DNA of 64,000 bases from Oligoflexia bacterium (GTDB lineage: Bacteria; Bdellovibrionota; UBA1018), in NCBI GenBank assembly GCA_963758495.1, contig CAVWVI010000003.1, forward strand, positions 896,001 through 960,000, read 5' to 3'. This document shows, piece by piece, positions 32,412 through 43,209 of this stretch. Below the pieces are notes generated by a model that saw only the letters and a list, made by a program, of their open reading frames with translations, was not told the origin of the DNA and searched no databases. Within the stretch, counting starts at the first letter, position 1; every line of letters starts with the position of its first letter. The position numbers and the translations under genes are program-made.

Positions 32412-33568
32412 TTGATACCTCCTGACCAAATCTTCTGTGTCGGTGTCTGAGTTTCGATAAACCCTAAGCCTAGGCAAGAAAGCCAGTTTTTTATAGTCTC
32501 TACAAAAAACTTTTCACTTTCACGATGCCCAAGCTCCATCACTGTCATTCCTCGGCGTAATCCACCGAGAGCTGCATGGTAACCTACTTCACCTGTAATA
32601 AACAGGTCGCATTTCTTGGCAACAGCAGCTTCAACAAACGATGCCCCCTTCCCAGCTACAAAGCCGACTCTTGATACATGAGAAGGAGTGGGGTTTGTTA
32701 TCCAAAACCCGTGTATATTGAAAAGACTTTTAACATCTTTAACGACATCTGAAAAGGCCCTCGGAGAAGGAAATTCACCCCAAAATCCATACCCTAACCC
32801 ACGAATTAAACCTTCACCCGCCGGGGATTGCTCTAAAGGGTAGAAATCGTAGGCAACTTCCTCATAAGGGTGCGCTGCAAGCAGAGCATTCAAAACCACT
32901 TCCCGCATTCCTCGTGGTAAAATCGTCTCTAGCCGCAGTTCTTGAACTTTCTCTAATTGACCTGGGCTTCCAATAAAGGGATTTGAGTTGACCCCTCCCC
33001 GAAAGGTACCTTCACCTTGAAGACCATACGTGCAAGAATCATATTTTCCAATAAAGCCTGCTCCTGCTTCACAGAGCGCATTCCTCACTTTTTCTACATG
33101 TTCTAACGGCACAAAAGTAACAAGTTTAAGTAAGGAGCCAAAAGACTTTTCCAGAAATCTTCCTTTGGGTTGAATCTGCAATCCCTGGGTGATCGTCTCA
33201 ACAACCTCCAAAGAACATTGATCAAAATTAGTATGGTAAGCCGCTACCGCAATTCCCTTTTGAATCGCCTCAAAAACTGGGGAACCGGAAACAATACGCG
33301 ATAACCCTCGATTCTTTGGAAAAATACAAGGGTGATGAATAATAATAAGACGATAACCTTTTTGAACTGCTAACTCAATTGCTTCGAAAGTTAAGTCTAT
33401 TGAAAGAACCGCGCCCGGAGTTTCAACCGATGAATCTCCGACAAGAAGTCCAACATTATCCCATTCCTCAGCAGCTCCTAAGGGGGCACGCTCATTCAGC
33501 GCACGGAGAACTTCTGCAATCGGCTTACATTTTTTAGAAGTCATTTCACTCGTGGTTAGTGATCCCAT
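32408..33568 (-). CDS. Nif3-like dinuclear metal protein (YqfO type)
   Basis: WDNVGLLVG, HHP, HTNFD, HPYEEVAYD, GH.ESE. Confidence 0.93.
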   Translation of the reverse strand: MGSLTTSEMTSKKCKPIAEVLRALNERAPLGAAEEWDNVGLLVGDSSVETPGAVLSIDLTFEAIELAVQKGYRLIIIHHPCIFPKNRGLSRIVSGSPVFEAIQKGIAVAAYHTNFDQCSLEVVETITQGLQIQPKGRFLEKSFGSLLKLVTFVPLEHVEKVRNALCEAGAGFIGKYDSCTYGLQGEGTFRGGVNSNPFIGSPGQLEKVQELRLETILPRGMREVVLNALLAAHPYEEVAYDFYPLEQSPAGEGLIRGLGYGFWGEFPSPRAFSDVVKDVKSLFNIHGFWITNPTPSHVSRVGFVAGKGASFVEAAVAKKCDLFITGEVGYHAALGGLRRGMTVMELGHRESEKFFVETIKNWLSCLGLGFIETQTPTQKIWSGGIK

Positions 33569-33642
33569 GAATTTAAGTCAAGCATTTTCTCAGATGGACA
33601 CCCAATTCAGAATTGCATGAAATAGGATTTGTGTTGAAATAA

Positions 33643-34572
33643 GTGAATACTATGCAACTCTCTTCTATTCTGCAGTCTTTCATCATCCTCTGTCTTTTTA
33701 CTTTCAATTTTTCCTCCTGTGGATCTCCTTCAAAATCCCCAACTGACTCCCTAGAGCCTGAATGGATTCACCATACTGCGAGATCCGTCGACGGAGGCTA
33801 TATTGTTTATATCGGCATTGGAGAAGACCGAACCGTTGAGCGAGCTCTTTTTAAAGCTGAGTCTGCGGCAATTCAAGATATTGCCAATGAATGTTCCTTC
33901 GTACCCAAAGGAACTCGCATTGAAGATCGCTTTGACACTACAAGAGGGGTTCTTCATCGTTTTTTCGTAAAAATAGGTCTTAATTTTGATGATTGTGAAG
34001 CTGCAAAAGCGGCAGTCAATCCAGATGAAATTCGAAAACTGGCAAACATTCAGTTTTCAGAACAGCTCAAGCGATATCAAGATCTGATTGATAATGAATC
34101 CGGAGAAGAGCTCGCTCAAAATAAAGATGGAGGTGATCAAAATGGCACACCCTATATCCAACCCATCTATTCAGCTAATAATTCAGCTATTTATACTCCA
34201 ACCGAGCTTTTCGTAGCCCGACAACAAGTCGTCTATACAAAGGAAGTCGTCATTCTTTCTCCCCCAAATGCCTTTCCGCCCCACTCACCTCAAACTGCCC
34301 AGTTTGTAGCCTCCTTAAGTCCTAACGTTCAATCTCTTCGTAATTACGAACATCAGAATCCACAAATCAGGAATTGGACGACAACGTGGTCGACTCTTAA
34401 AAATCGACCCTATGTCCCACGCCCTCAATCCCTGAGATCCTCGCCTTCTATGAGGTTCCAACAACACGGCTCATCACCCAATTCAATGCGGAATCAATCA
34501 AGACTTCAAAATAATAGAGGCAATCCCGAAAGGAGGCCTCGCAAAGGGAGAGGAAGACGATTTAGGGATTAA
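33643..34572 (+). CDS. Hypothetical lipoprotein with disordered Arg-rich C-terminus
   Basis: Lipobox-like FSSC, PEWI motif resembling LPP20-type lipoproteins. Confidence 0.6.
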   Translation: MNTMQLSSILQSFIILCLFTFNFSSCGSPSKSPTDSLEPEWIHHTARSVDGGYIVYIGIGEDRTVERALFKAESAAIQDIANECSFVPKGTRIEDRFDTTRGVLHRFFVKIGLNFDDCEAAKAAVNPDEIRKLANIQFSEQLKRYQDLIDNESGEELAQNKDGGDQNGTPYIQPIYSANNSAIYTPTELFVARQQVVYTKEVVILSPPNAFPPHSPQTAQFVASLSPNVQSLRNYEHQNPQIRNWTTTWSTLKNRPYVPRPQSLRSSPSMRFQQHGSSPNSMRNQSRLQNNRGNPERRPRKGRGRRFRD

Positions 34573-34579
34573 TCATGAA

Positions 34580-34656
34580 TGGTAGGCCCAGAGGGACTTG
34601 AACCCCCGACCAATCCGTTATGAGCGGACTGCTCTAACCAGCTGAGCTATGGGCCT
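34580..34656 (-). tRNA. tRNA with CAT anticodon, most likely tRNA-Ile2 (lysidine)
   Basis: AGGCCCATAGCTCAG...CTCATAA...GGTTCAAGTCC...TGGGCCTACCA cloverleaf, 77 nt, downstream of rpoD. Confidence 0.93.
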
Positions 34657-34762
34657 CCAAAGCTAGATGTGGGTTACCGTAACATGACAAAGGCCAGAGC
34701 TGAAGATCGATTTAAGGAATGACCCAAAATTTTTTGCAGCTCGTGTGATTCTACGTAAGCGC

Positions 34763-34785
34763 TTCCTTTAGGGCTGTTGACAAGC
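34763..34785 (+). repeat. Dispersed repeat copy 2 (core only)
   Basis: TTCCTTTAGGGCTGTTGACAAGC, 2 nt beyond rpoD stop. Confidence 0.75.
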
Positions 34786-34787
34786 GA

Positions 34788-36629
34788 TTAAGAATCAATA
34801 AACGCCTTCAAAAGCTTCGCCCTCGAAGGATGCCTCAGCTTTCGGAGCGCCTTAGCTTCAATCTGACGAATACGTTCACGAGTCACAAAAAAGTCTTGTC
34901 CAACTTCTTCGAGCGTATGGTCTGACTTCTCACCAATCCCAAAACGCATTCGAAGTACTTTTTCTTCTCGGGGAGTGAGAGTAGCCAAAACTTTTCGAGT
35001 CTGCTCAGATAAATTGATATTCATCACCGCATCGGCAGGATTAATAATCTTCTTATCTTCAATGAAGTCACCTAAATAAGAATCCTCTTCTTCTCCAATA
35101 GGAGTTTCTAAAGAGATTGGTTCTTTTGCAATTTTAAGGACTTTACGAACTTTATCTACAGGAAGTTCCATTTTAACTGCAACTTCTTCTGGAGTAGGCT
35201 CCCTGCCTAATTGCTGAACTAATAGCCGAGAGGTCCGAATCAGCTTATTGATTGTTTCAATCATATGCACTGGAATTCGGATTGTTCTAGCCTGGTCTGC
35301 AATCGCGCGAGTAATTGCCTGACGAATCCACCAAGTCGCGTAAGTCGAAAACTTATAGCCACGGCGATATTCAAACTTATCAACCGCCTTCATTAAGCCA
35401 ATATTTCCTTCTTGGATTAAGTCTAAAAATTGAAGTCCACGATTTGTATATTTTTTTGCAATTGAAACTACCAAACGAAGATTAGCCTCTACAAGTTCAC
35501 TCTTCGCTTGATCGGCCTTTCGCTCACCAATCGTTAAAGTATCATGAATTCTATGAAGTTCATCAACCGCTATTCCGGCTTCTTCTTCGAGTTTACAGAT
35601 CCTTTTTTCCAGATCCTCTTCGGTCTGAATGAGCTGAGCAAGCTTAGGCTCACTTACATCGAACTCTTTACATAAAGCTGTGTGAACATCTGACTTCTTA
35701 TATTCACGACTGATTTCCTTCATCTGCTTGGTATCTTTAATGCCCAAGAAGTCGAAGACTTTCTTCCGGTCGTCTAGCATTTCTTTGCCACGACCCCAAT
35801 AGCCCTTAATTTTTCCAGAGAGCTGATTAATCGTTTTTCGATTAAATGCAATATCATGAAAAGCAGCTTCAACTAAACGTTCACGTTTTTTAATTTCCTG
35901 TTGGATTTGCTCTTTAGATTTAGCGCTCACCTTTTTTGCATCAGGTCCTTGAGGTGGCTTTTCGTCCATTTTTTCCTGATAAGTCACTAAAGCTTTAACC
36001 TTAGCAATCGCACCCAGAACTTTATCTAAATATTTCTTTTCATCATCAGGTGAGACCTCTTCATCCACACCCCGAATGACATCCTTTACTTTGGTGCGAG
36101 CCAATTCAAGACGCTCTCCTAAATCAACAATGGCGAGTGTCCCTAATTTGGAAGCTAAAAGTGCACGAAGTATTTCAACTTCACCTTCTTCGATTCGTTT
36201 AGCAATTTCAACTTCGCCTTCTCGCGTAAGCAAGGAAACGCTACCCATCTTTTTTAGGTAGAGCTTAACTGGATCAGCGCCCCGAGCGATATCTGCCGCT
36301 ACAGGAGCTTCTTCGCCGCCCTCTTCGCTTGTCGGCACAGGCCCTGCACCTAGAGCAGCCTCTTCACTCTCTTCCTCGTCATCCGAGTCCTTAGGCCGCT
36401 TTGTGGAATCATAAACTTCAATTTCATTCTCAGAGAGAAGATTCATGATCTCATCAATGGCTTCCGGAGTGATAATTTCCGGAGGCATGAGCTCATTCAC
36501 TTCTTCATATGTGAGGTAGCCACGCTGGACCCCCATATCAAGAAGTTTTTTGATATCTTTATTTTTAGTTAAAGTATTTACACTCTCAGATTTATGAGAG
36601 GACAAAGTAGCGTCCTTATTCTTCGTCAT
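34788..36629 (-). CDS. rpoD: RNA polymerase primary sigma factor
   Basis: [44 protein letters not shown]. Confidence 0.98.
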   Translation of the reverse strand: MTKNKDATLSSHKSESVNTLTKNKDIKKLLDMGVQRGYLTYEEVNELMPPEIITPEAIDEIMNLLSENEIEVYDSTKRPKDSDDEEESEEAALGAGPVPTSEEGGEEAPVAADIARGADPVKLYLKKMGSVSLLTREGEVEIAKRIEEGEVEILRALLASKLGTLAIVDLGERLELARTKVKDVIRGVDEEVSPDDEKKYLDKVLGAIAKVKALVTYQEKMDEKPPQGPDAKKVSAKSKEQIQQEIKKRERLVEAAFHDIAFNRKTINQLSGKIKGYWGRGKEMLDDRKKVFDFLGIKDTKQMKEISREYKKSDVHTALCKEFDVSEPKLAQLIQTEEDLEKRICKLEEEAGIAVDELHRIHDTLTIGERKADQAKSELVEANLRLVVSIAKKYTNRGLQFLDLIQEGNIGLMKAVDKFEYRRGYKFSTYATWWIRQAITRAIADQARTIRIPVHMIETINKLIRTSRLLVQQLGREPTPEEVAVKMELPVDKVRKVLKIAKEPISLETPIGEEEDSYLGDFIEDKKIINPADAVMNINLSEQTRKVLATLTPREEKVLRMRFGIGEKSDHTLEEVGQDFFVTRERIRQIEAKALRKLRHPSRAKLLKAFIDS

Positions 36630-38529
36630 AGAAGTTGCTAAATTCCTTCATTTTGCGCTGAACGTCAAGATATTCTTTCATTAATTGAGCTTGTAATGCT
36701 GTATCTTGCTTGACTTCTGCTTGGGTTATTGCTTTTTTGATCTGCTGCGAAAATCGTGCCCACTTCTTGGATGCACTCCTAGAGAGGGCCCTTTTAAAAT
36801 CCTCTTCCTTCACTGGGGGATCTGATGACAAAAGCGCCCCCGTAATCACTGAACGAACCTGTATGTCCAAATCTCCGTTTAAAACGGACTCTGGAATAGA
36901 CCTGAACTGCTCTAATAAACCGGACTGAGTAAAAAGAGACAACATGAATTCTCGACCAGGAGGATATTCAATTAAGTCACAGAGTGTCAATCCTGGAGGT
37001 AAATTTCTTTTAACTTCTGTAAAAAGCTGTGAAAACTCCCCTCCTAAAGCAAGCCCTGTGAGCAAAATCCAATCTCCTCGGGACATCTTTGCTTGAGACT
37101 GAGGTACCATTTCAGGGGTCTGAGAATGAACTGTCCCTGATGTAGGTTTTCCCTTTAAAGAACTTACCCCCTCTCGGCCCATTGCCTGAAAAATGAGTTG
37201 CCGTGTTATTCCCAGTTGCTTTTGGACAAGCTCTAATCTTACTTCAAAACCCACAGGATCTGTAAAACGCGCTAACCATCCCCCCATTTTCTTGAGAGCT
37301 TGAGTGCGATCTTCTGGGCTCTGACGAGCTAAGGCAATCATTTCATTCATTTTTTTATCTAAAATGGGCTTAGACTCACTCAAAATCCGCGTTAGGCGCT
37401 CTTTTCCATCAAGACTCACTCCTCCCGTCTCAGGGTCTATGACCATCTCATCTGGATCTAAACCCTCTGGCATCGTGGCTCCATACAGAACTAAACCTCG
37501 CTCTAAACCCATTTCCATAGCGCGCTCAGTAGCCAATATACCAGCCTGATCGCCATCAAATAAGACCGTTACCCGATTCGCAAACCGTTTAAAAAGAGTC
37601 AAATGATCTGAAGTCAAGGAGGTCCCGCAAGTTGCTACAACATTCTGAAAACCTGCCGCATGCATTGCTAAGACATCAAAATAACCTTCCACTAAAATGA
37701 CCTCATCCTGCTCTCGAATATACCTTTGTGCCTGATATAAACCAAAAGCAAGCTTACCCTTTTGAAAAATTAAGGATTCAGTAGAGTTGAGATATTTTGG
37801 GCTTTCATCTCCCAACGCGCGACCTCCAAAACCGGCCACTTTTCCACGCATATTCAATATGGGAAACAAAATCCTGTTCCTAAAAAGATCAAAATGACCT
37901 CCCCCTCCCTGAACCATCCCACTCTTGGTTGAAACTCGGATTAATCCTAACTCTACAGCAAGATCTAACGGAGCCTTTTTTGCAACCAAATGTGTAGACA
38001 GAGAATCCCATGAATCTAAGACAGCGCCTAGATAAAAATTCTTTGCAATATCTTCATTTACACCACGTGCAAGGCAATATTCTATCCCTCGACTATATCC
38101 TCCGAGAGTTTGATGAAAAAATGAAGCTGCAAAACGATTTAACTTAAATGCAAGAGCTAGTTTATCGCGTTGAGCTGAGCGCTTTTCATCTTGTTCTGGA
38201 CCGTCAGAAGGGGTCCAATCCTTAGGAAGCTGAACTCTTGCGCGTTCAGATAATTCTTCGATAGCTTCTGGAAAGCTGATGCCCAGAATTTCCATAACGA
38301 AGGTAACAAGATCGCCGCCTTTTTTGCAGCCATAACAATGAAAAAGCTGTTTTACCTCACTTACACTAAAAGAAGGGGTCCGCTCTGAGTGAAAAGGGCA
38401 GAGACCACTGTAGTTCGCGCCGGATTTGCGAAGAACGACGTGCTCTCCCACTACCTCGATCATATTCACTGAGTCTTTAATTTTTTGTAAAAGCTCAGGT
38501 GAAATTTTTCCTTTTCTCATATTGCTCAT
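36616..38529 (-). CDS. dnaG: DNA primase
   Basis: [38 protein letters not shown]. Confidence 0.98.
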   Translation of the reverse strand: MSNMRKGKISPELLQKIKDSVNMIEVVGEHVVLRKSGANYSGLCPFHSERTPSFSVSEVKQLFHCYGCKKGGDLVTFVMEILGISFPEAIEELSERARVQLPKDWTPSDGPEQDEKRSAQRDKLALAFKLNRFAASFFHQTLGGYSRGIEYCLARGVNEDIAKNFYLGAVLDSWDSLSTHLVAKKAPLDLAVELGLIRVSTKSGMVQGGGGHFDLFRNRILFPILNMRGKVAGFGGRALGDESPKYLNSTESLIFQKGKLAFGLYQAQRYIREQDEVILVEGYFDVLAMHAAGFQNVVATCGTSLTSDHLTLFKRFANRVTVLFDGDQAGILATERAMEMGLERGLVLYGATMPEGLDPDEMVIDPETGGVSLDGKERLTRILSESKPILDKKMNEMIALARQSPEDRTQALKKMGGWLARFTDPVGFEVRLELVQKQLGITRQLIFQAMGREGVSSLKGKPTSGTVHSQTPEMVPQSQAKMSRGDWILLTGLALGGEFSQLFTEVKRNLPPGLTLCDLIEYPPGREFMLSLFTQSGLLEQFRSIPESVLNGDLDIQVRSVITGALLSSDPPVKEEDFKRALSRSASKKWARFSQQIKKAITQAEVKQDTALQAQLMKEYLDVQRKMKEFSNFYDEE

Positions 38530-38537
38530 TTAAAGTT

Positions 38538-39218
38538 TCACCGATTTTCCTGACGCACACGACTTACAAATAAATTACCGTTTAAGAAAAACCTCCACTG
38601 CTTTTCGATACCTACCCGAATCCCGATTCTGGATGATTGCGAAATCAAACCTACTTTAAACCCATCATCACAAATATATATCAAGGGACCTTGCAGGCCA
38701 GTACCATTATAGGACATTTTAATTCCCATTGCTTGACACAGGCGACCCGGACCACTCGCAAGTTCTTTCTGAGATGAGCGCTTTCTTCGAGCTACCATCA
38801 AAGCCTCACCCCCCAAAGGTTCAACCGCACGAATCAATACAGCCCCTGGGTAACCATTCGGTTCTGTTACACAATTTAGCATCTCATACATTCCATAAAT
38901 AAAGTAAACATAGGCCACACCTGGGCTACCAAACATAATGGAAGATCGAGGCGTTTCCCCTCGACATGAATGAGAAGCAGGATCATCTCCCCGATAAGCT
39001 TCTGTTTCGACGATTCTCCCCAAAGTTAAACCCGCCTGTGGATGCTCCAAGGGGTAACCCGAATCACTCTTTACAATTAAAATTTTACCTAAAAGGTCTT
39101 GAGCAACTTGAACCGTATTTTGATTATAAAAATCAATAGGTAATGGGTTTGAAGCAAGTACTTTAACCGCTTCCAACTCTTTCCCGCACAAGTTGATTAA
39201 CCCACTTGCCATCCGCAC
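38538..39218 (-). CDS. mpg: 3-methyladenine DNA glycosylase (AAG/MPG family; start probably near 39177)
   Basis: IVETEAY, YVYFIYGM, AVLIRAVEP, GPGRLC, RIGI. Confidence 0.92.
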   Translation of the reverse strand: MRMASGLINLCGKELEAVKVLASNPLPIDFYNQNTVQVAQDLLGKILIVKSDSGYPLEHPQAGLTLGRIVETEAYRGDDPASHSCRGETPRSSIMFGSPGVAYVYFIYGMYEMLNCVTEPNGYPGAVLIRAVEPLGGEALMVARRKRSSQKELASGPGRLCQAMGIKMSYNGTGLQGPLIYICDDGFKVGLISQSSRIGIRVGIEKQWRFFLNGNLFVSRVRQENR

Positions 39219-39615
39219 GTCCTTGAATCTTTGGAACCAATAATTTCATCACCTGACCGATATCTTTTGGCCCAGCTGCTTTTGATTCGGCGATAGCCCA
39301 ATCCACTAAACGTCGGACCTCAGCTTCATCCATTTGAGCTGGCATAAAACTTTGCAAAAACTTGAGCTCTAATTGCTCTTTAGCGACTAAGTCTTCTCTT
39401 TTGCCGGCTTTAAATTGCTCAATAGAATCCTGACGTTGCTTGATTAACGAAGAAATAATTTTAATGACATCATCATCATTCAGATCAATACGATCATCAA
39501 TTTCTTTTTTTCGAATTGCTGCATGAAGATTACGGGCAAAAGAAAGCGTCTCTTTATCGCCGGACTTCATCGCATTTTTAATTTGTTCAGAAAGGCTCTG
39601 TTTAATTGTGGTCAT
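39163..39615 (-). CDS. yqeY: GatB/YqeY domain protein
   Basis: AMKSGDK, KQRQDSIEQF, GRADGK. Confidence 0.92.
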   Translation of the reverse strand: MTTIKQSLSEQIKNAMKSGDKETLSFARNLHAAIRKKEIDDRIDLNDDDVIKIISSLIKQRQDSIEQFKAGKREDLVAKEQLELKFLQSFMPAQMDEAEVRRLVDWAIAESKAAGPKDIGQVMKLLVPKIQGRADGKWVNQLVRERVGSG

Positions 39616-39765
39616 GAAAGAAATCCTTCTGGGCTTTTGCAACGGAAGCTTTGCGAAATCCGCCCTCTTTGAATAGGAGGTTGAGCAAACTTATTAAAAT
39701 ATCTTCTTCCTTACCGACTCAGAATCTCCACGTTTACGTGGGAATTGATTCATCTAAATAAAAGG

Positions 39766-39831
39766 ACTCGGCAATCAGCTAACAATTTGAAATTTAAAGC
39801 TTAAACTTCCATTTTTCAACGATTACCGAGT
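39766..39831 (-). terminator. Long hairpin after rpsU followed by U-rich run (attenuator/terminator)
   Basis: ACTCGGTAATC...GATTGCCGAGT with inner stems; non-WC pairs are G-U on the mRNA strand; followed by CCTTTTATTT. Confidence 0.6.
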
Positions 39832-39851
39832 ACTAAAATACATCTAACGCT

Positions 39852-40058
39852 TTATCGCTCGGTAGGCTTCATAGGTCGGCCTTTTTTCACCAAACGCTTT
39901 CGCGCTGCTGCAGCCTTCTTTTTACGTTTTACTGAAGGCTTTTCATAAGCTTCACGTTTCCGTACTTCCGAAAGGATGCCAGCTTTTTCGCATTGCTTCT
40001 TAAATTTCTTAAGGGCGGCCTCAAAAGAGTCGCCATCACGAATTACTATACCAGGCAT
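39852..40058 (-). CDS. rpsU: 30S ribosomal protein S21
   Basis: [20 protein letters not shown]. Confidence 0.97.
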   Translation of the reverse strand: MPGIVIRDGDSFEAALKKFKKQCEKAGILSEVRKREAYEKPSVKRKKKAAAARKRLVKKGRPMKPTER

Positions 40059-40097
40059 AAAATTTCACCTCCTCTCGAATGTAGTCTCGATATAAAC

Positions 40098-40202
40098 AGT
40101 TCCTTTAGCGCTATTGATAAGCACTGTAAGGAGTGTCCTGTGTGCTGCGCCGTAAAGATTTGGATCCCCGGCGCAACAGGGCATTCCTTACAGTGCTTAT
40201 CA
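40098..40202 (+). repeat. Dispersed repeat copy 3 (long, with hairpin)
   Basis: AGTTCCTTTAGCGCTATTGATAAGCACTGTAAGG...GCGCCGTAAAGATTTGGATCCCCGGCGCAACAGG...CCTTACAGTGCTTATCA. Confidence 0.85.
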
Positions 40203-40263
40203 CTCGACAAACCCTTATAAGGGGTCGCCTCAGAAAAAGCTAGCCTTTAGCACGCACGGGCTT

Positions 40264-41142
40264 TTAACACCGCCGTTTAGCTTCTCCCCATAACGCAACC
40301 ACCATCCCCCCCCCTCCTGCACCTGTCATTTTCACGGCTAAAGCACCTTGAGCTAATAATTGTTCTTCTAATGCTTTTGCCTCTTCGGGGACCAGGCGCC
40401 AAGCATAAAAGCATTCACGAGCTAACAACATCCCTTTTTGAATCAACTCAAGGCCTTTTCCAATCTCTCCTAAATGATAGCTCATCAACCCTTCTATCGC
40501 TGTTCGCGAAGCTGCGTTCATGACCTCGTCCACTTGAAGAGCCCTTTCAGGCATTTCATTCCGAAAATTTTCCACATTCAATACGCACTCATGGGTCCGT
40601 GATCTTAAACCGGTATCATGAAAAGTAAACTTGGGGAGCTTCTTCGCACCCATCAAACAAACTTCCTTGCCCATCCTGAATGAAATCGGCTCGTTTGCAG
40701 CAATTACTGCGACGTCCATTCCACTACTTCTTCCATGAAACCGATGCTCCAACTGAGTCGCAAACTCAGTGCATTGATTTTCAGCAATGACCAGCGAACC
40801 TGCCAACCACCGAGCCAACGCGACACAAAGTGCAGCAGAAGACCCTAAACCAGCACCAATCGGAATCGTGCTATCAATCACAAGCTTTCCATGGGGCAAC
40901 TGAAAAGGGCTCTTAATTGAAGTCCATAATTCAATAGCAGAAATCAGCAATTCTTGAATCAAGGGTTCTGCAGACGAAGGCTCCACCTTTAAACTTCCAT
41001 ATTCAGAGTTCGGCTCAAACGTAAGAGTCAAACTCACATCTGTATAAGGAAGTGCAATAGCAGTCACCCCCTTGAGTACCGAATGCTCCCCCGTTAATAC
41101 CCATTTTCCCGGCACCTGAATTTTAAAGTTTGACCAGAGCAT
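40264..41142 (-). CDS. mvk: Mevalonate kinase (GHMP)
   Basis: PGKWVLTGEHSV, PIGAGLGSSAA, HGRSSGMD, KMTGAGGGG. Confidence 0.85.
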   Translation of the reverse strand: MLWSNFKIQVPGKWVLTGEHSVLKGVTAIALPYTDVSLTLTFEPNSEYGSLKVEPSSAEPLIQELLISAIELWTSIKSPFQLPHGKLVIDSTIPIGAGLGSSAALCVALARWLAGSLVIAENQCTEFATQLEHRFHGRSSGMDVAVIAANEPISFRMGKEVCLMGAKKLPKFTFHDTGLRSRTHECVLNVENFRNEMPERALQVDEVMNAASRTAIEGLMSYHLGEIGKGLELIQKGMLLARECFYAWRLVPEEAKALEEQLLAQGALAVKMTGAGGGGMVVALWGEAKRRC

Positions 41143-42268
41143 CTACTCCCCCCGAAATCCCAAACAAAATACTGGCTCCTTCTCCCTCCTCATCCTCTAG
41201 AATCACAGTATCCAGAAAATGCTCTCGGAGACGATTGCGCCAGAATTCTCGTGCAGATTTTTCAACAATGATATGGATATTAGGGCCCGCATCGAGGGTC
41301 ACAATAGGAGGAGAATGCTCATAAATCATGGGGGCAAGCCACTTAAGTCCCTCTAGAGTCCCAGGTTCCCAATAAGTAAAAGGTTCAGTGCAGGTATGAA
41401 AAAGGCTGTGCATTTCCCAAGCTTCAGCCCACGCGATTCTTGCTACGGACTGAAGCTGAACGCTCCCTAAAGCTGACATCATCATTCGAATTCTACTTTC
41501 CACGCGCTCAACTCGATTTTCCCATAGGGGTGAAGCGCGTACCAAAGTGTGGGCATCAGAAGATGAAACTTTTTTTGGATCTGTTTGAATCAAAACCACA
41601 AAATGAGCCATTTTAGGAATAGGGCCTACCTTCATAACCGTAGCATCCTCATTTTCCCAATGAACCCAAGGACCTTCAAATGAACGACATGAACTACCCG
41701 AACCTTGTCGAGAAATCCGAGCAAAGGCTCGGCGAAGCACCAAGTCATTCACCCAAGCCTTTTCAAAAGCAACAAGATCACTTGCAAAAGCGGCGGCGGT
41801 TACCAATGTCATTGCTGCAAAACTTGAAGCACTCGATGCAATCCCCGACGCAGCTGGAAATGTGTTTGCGGTTCTCAACGTAAATTCTGCCCCCTGAAAT
41901 AAATCTTGGAGCACACCCAATCCAAAATGTGGAAAAATTTCAAGAACAGCCCGCTGAACCTGCTCAAAGTGTTGCACTGCACGTTGCACTCCCCGATCAT
42001 TTAAAGTGGGTACTAGAATCGGGTATTGAGAAGATAATTCTGAAGGAACGTGACGAGGGGGTTCAGGAATCCAAACCAAGGAACTCTTTCCGGCTTTTGA
42101 GGCAGCAACAGATCTTGAAACTGTCATTTCAGCTAGAGTACAAAGAGAACTCAGAGTCATCGAGATACTCGAATTCTCTGGGATATTAGAAGAGGAGTCC
42201 TTCTTCCCCATGTATTTAATTAAAGCAATATTAGAAGGTGCTCGAGCACCGATCATGAATTGTGACAC
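41123..42268 (-). CDS. mvaD: Diphosphomevalonate decarboxylase
   Basis: SNIALIKYMGK, GIASSAS, GSGSSCRS, TLDAGPNIH. Confidence 0.93.
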   Translation of the reverse strand: MSQFMIGARAPSNIALIKYMGKKDSSSNIPENSSISMTLSSLCTLAEMTVSRSVAASKAGKSSLVWIPEPPRHVPSELSSQYPILVPTLNDRGVQRAVQHFEQVQRAVLEIFPHFGLGVLQDLFQGAEFTLRTANTFPAASGIASSASSFAAMTLVTAAAFASDLVAFEKAWVNDLVLRRAFARISRQGSGSSCRSFEGPWVHWENEDATVMKVGPIPKMAHFVVLIQTDPKKVSSSDAHTLVRASPLWENRVERVESRIRMMMSALGSVQLQSVARIAWAEAWEMHSLFHTCTEPFTYWEPGTLEGLKWLAPMIYEHSPPIVTLDAGPNIHIIVEKSAREFWRNRLREHFLDTVILEDEEGEGASILFGISGGVDALVKL

Positions 42269-43209
42269 TGGATACCTACTTGATTCACTAAGCCATCACT
42301 TACCAAAACAAGTCTACGGCTCTTTGCAGTTTCAATGAGTTGATTTCGATGAGGGCTATTGGGTTTCATCAAAACCAAGATAGCATCGGATTGAAGAGCT
42401 CCGGCACCCTTCACCCCTAAAACATCGGGCAATTTTCTCAGTGCCTGACGATCCTCAGAAGTAGCCTTCACCTCTAAACCAAACTGAGAAAGAATATCAG
42501 CATATTGATCCATGACTTCTCCAAAGCCTCTCAAATCATGGGAGCGAATGGCCGACATCCCCGTCAATAAGGATTGTTTTAACATAGAAAAAGTTTCTCC
42601 AGAATTGTCGAGAAACCCTTGATCTGACAAAATCTTAAGATGTTCATGAGTCGGTACTTTTCGTCCTGCTTGAGAAGTTGTCGAAAATACCAGCAAACTT
42701 GACCAATCAAATTCAGACCCAAAATTTTTGTAATGCCTTTCAGAGGGATCAAAGAAGCTCACACCCCCTTGCCATTGCGCTACTAAATCAGCCCCACTGG
42801 GAAGCAAAGGCTCATCGCAAGAAAGTTCACGATAAAGATTCCAAGCCTGATTCCAACTGACGTGGTCCTCACCTGCATTCAGACTATGCGCCAAATAAGC
42901 CATGGCAAATTGTGCGGTTGAAGCGCCAAACCCCCCCTCACCGTGAAAAGGATCTTCAAATTGAAAAGGTAAATCTCCTAAATTCATCTTTTTTGCCCAA
43001 ATTTTTAATTTAGAAACAGGAGATTGTGGGTGTATGTGAGTAGTTCCTTTAGGGCTGTTGACAAGCACTGTGAGTTTGAAGCGATCAGGCACCGTGGAGA
43101 CTAGAGCGGGCAATCCCACAAGCACAGCATATTCTCCAAGTAAAAATACTTTACCCGCAATACTGAACTTTTTATATTTACTGGAAGGATGAACTCTGTG
43201 CTGTAACAC
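42253..43209 (-). CDS. GHMP kinase, probable phosphomevalonate kinase
   Basis: GKVFLLGEYAVL, GFGASTA, SGAD, KGAGALQSD; position in mevalonate cluster. Confidence 0.75.
   Translation of the reverse strand: MLQHRVHPSSKYKKFSIAGKVFLLGEYAVLVGLPALVSTVPDRFKLTVLVNSPKGTTHIHPQSPVSKLKIWAKKMNLGDLPFQFEDPFHGEGGFGASTAQFAMAYLAHSLNAGEDHVSWNQAWNLYRELSCDEPLLPSGADLVAQWQGGVSFFDPSERHYKNFGSEFDWSSLLVFSTTSQAGRKVPTHEHLKILSDQGFLDNSGETFSMLKQSLLTGMSAIRSHDLRGFGEVMDQYADILSQFGLEVKATSEDRQALRKLPDVLGVKGAGALQSDAILVLMKPNSPHRNQLIETAKSRRLVLVSDGLVNQVGIQCHNS
43039..43074 (+). repeat. Dispersed repeat copy 4, inside the GHMP kinase CDS
   Basis: AGTAGTTCCTTTAGGGCTGTTGACAAGCACTGTGAG; first 23 nt identical to copy 1. Confidence 0.8.

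Noticed and set aside
39993..40220. ORFs here and at 49376..49567 sharing the peptide CAVKIWIPGATG
   Set aside because: The shared peptide is simply the translated repeat apex; the ORFs overlap rpsU or hpf antisense and their flanks are unrelated.
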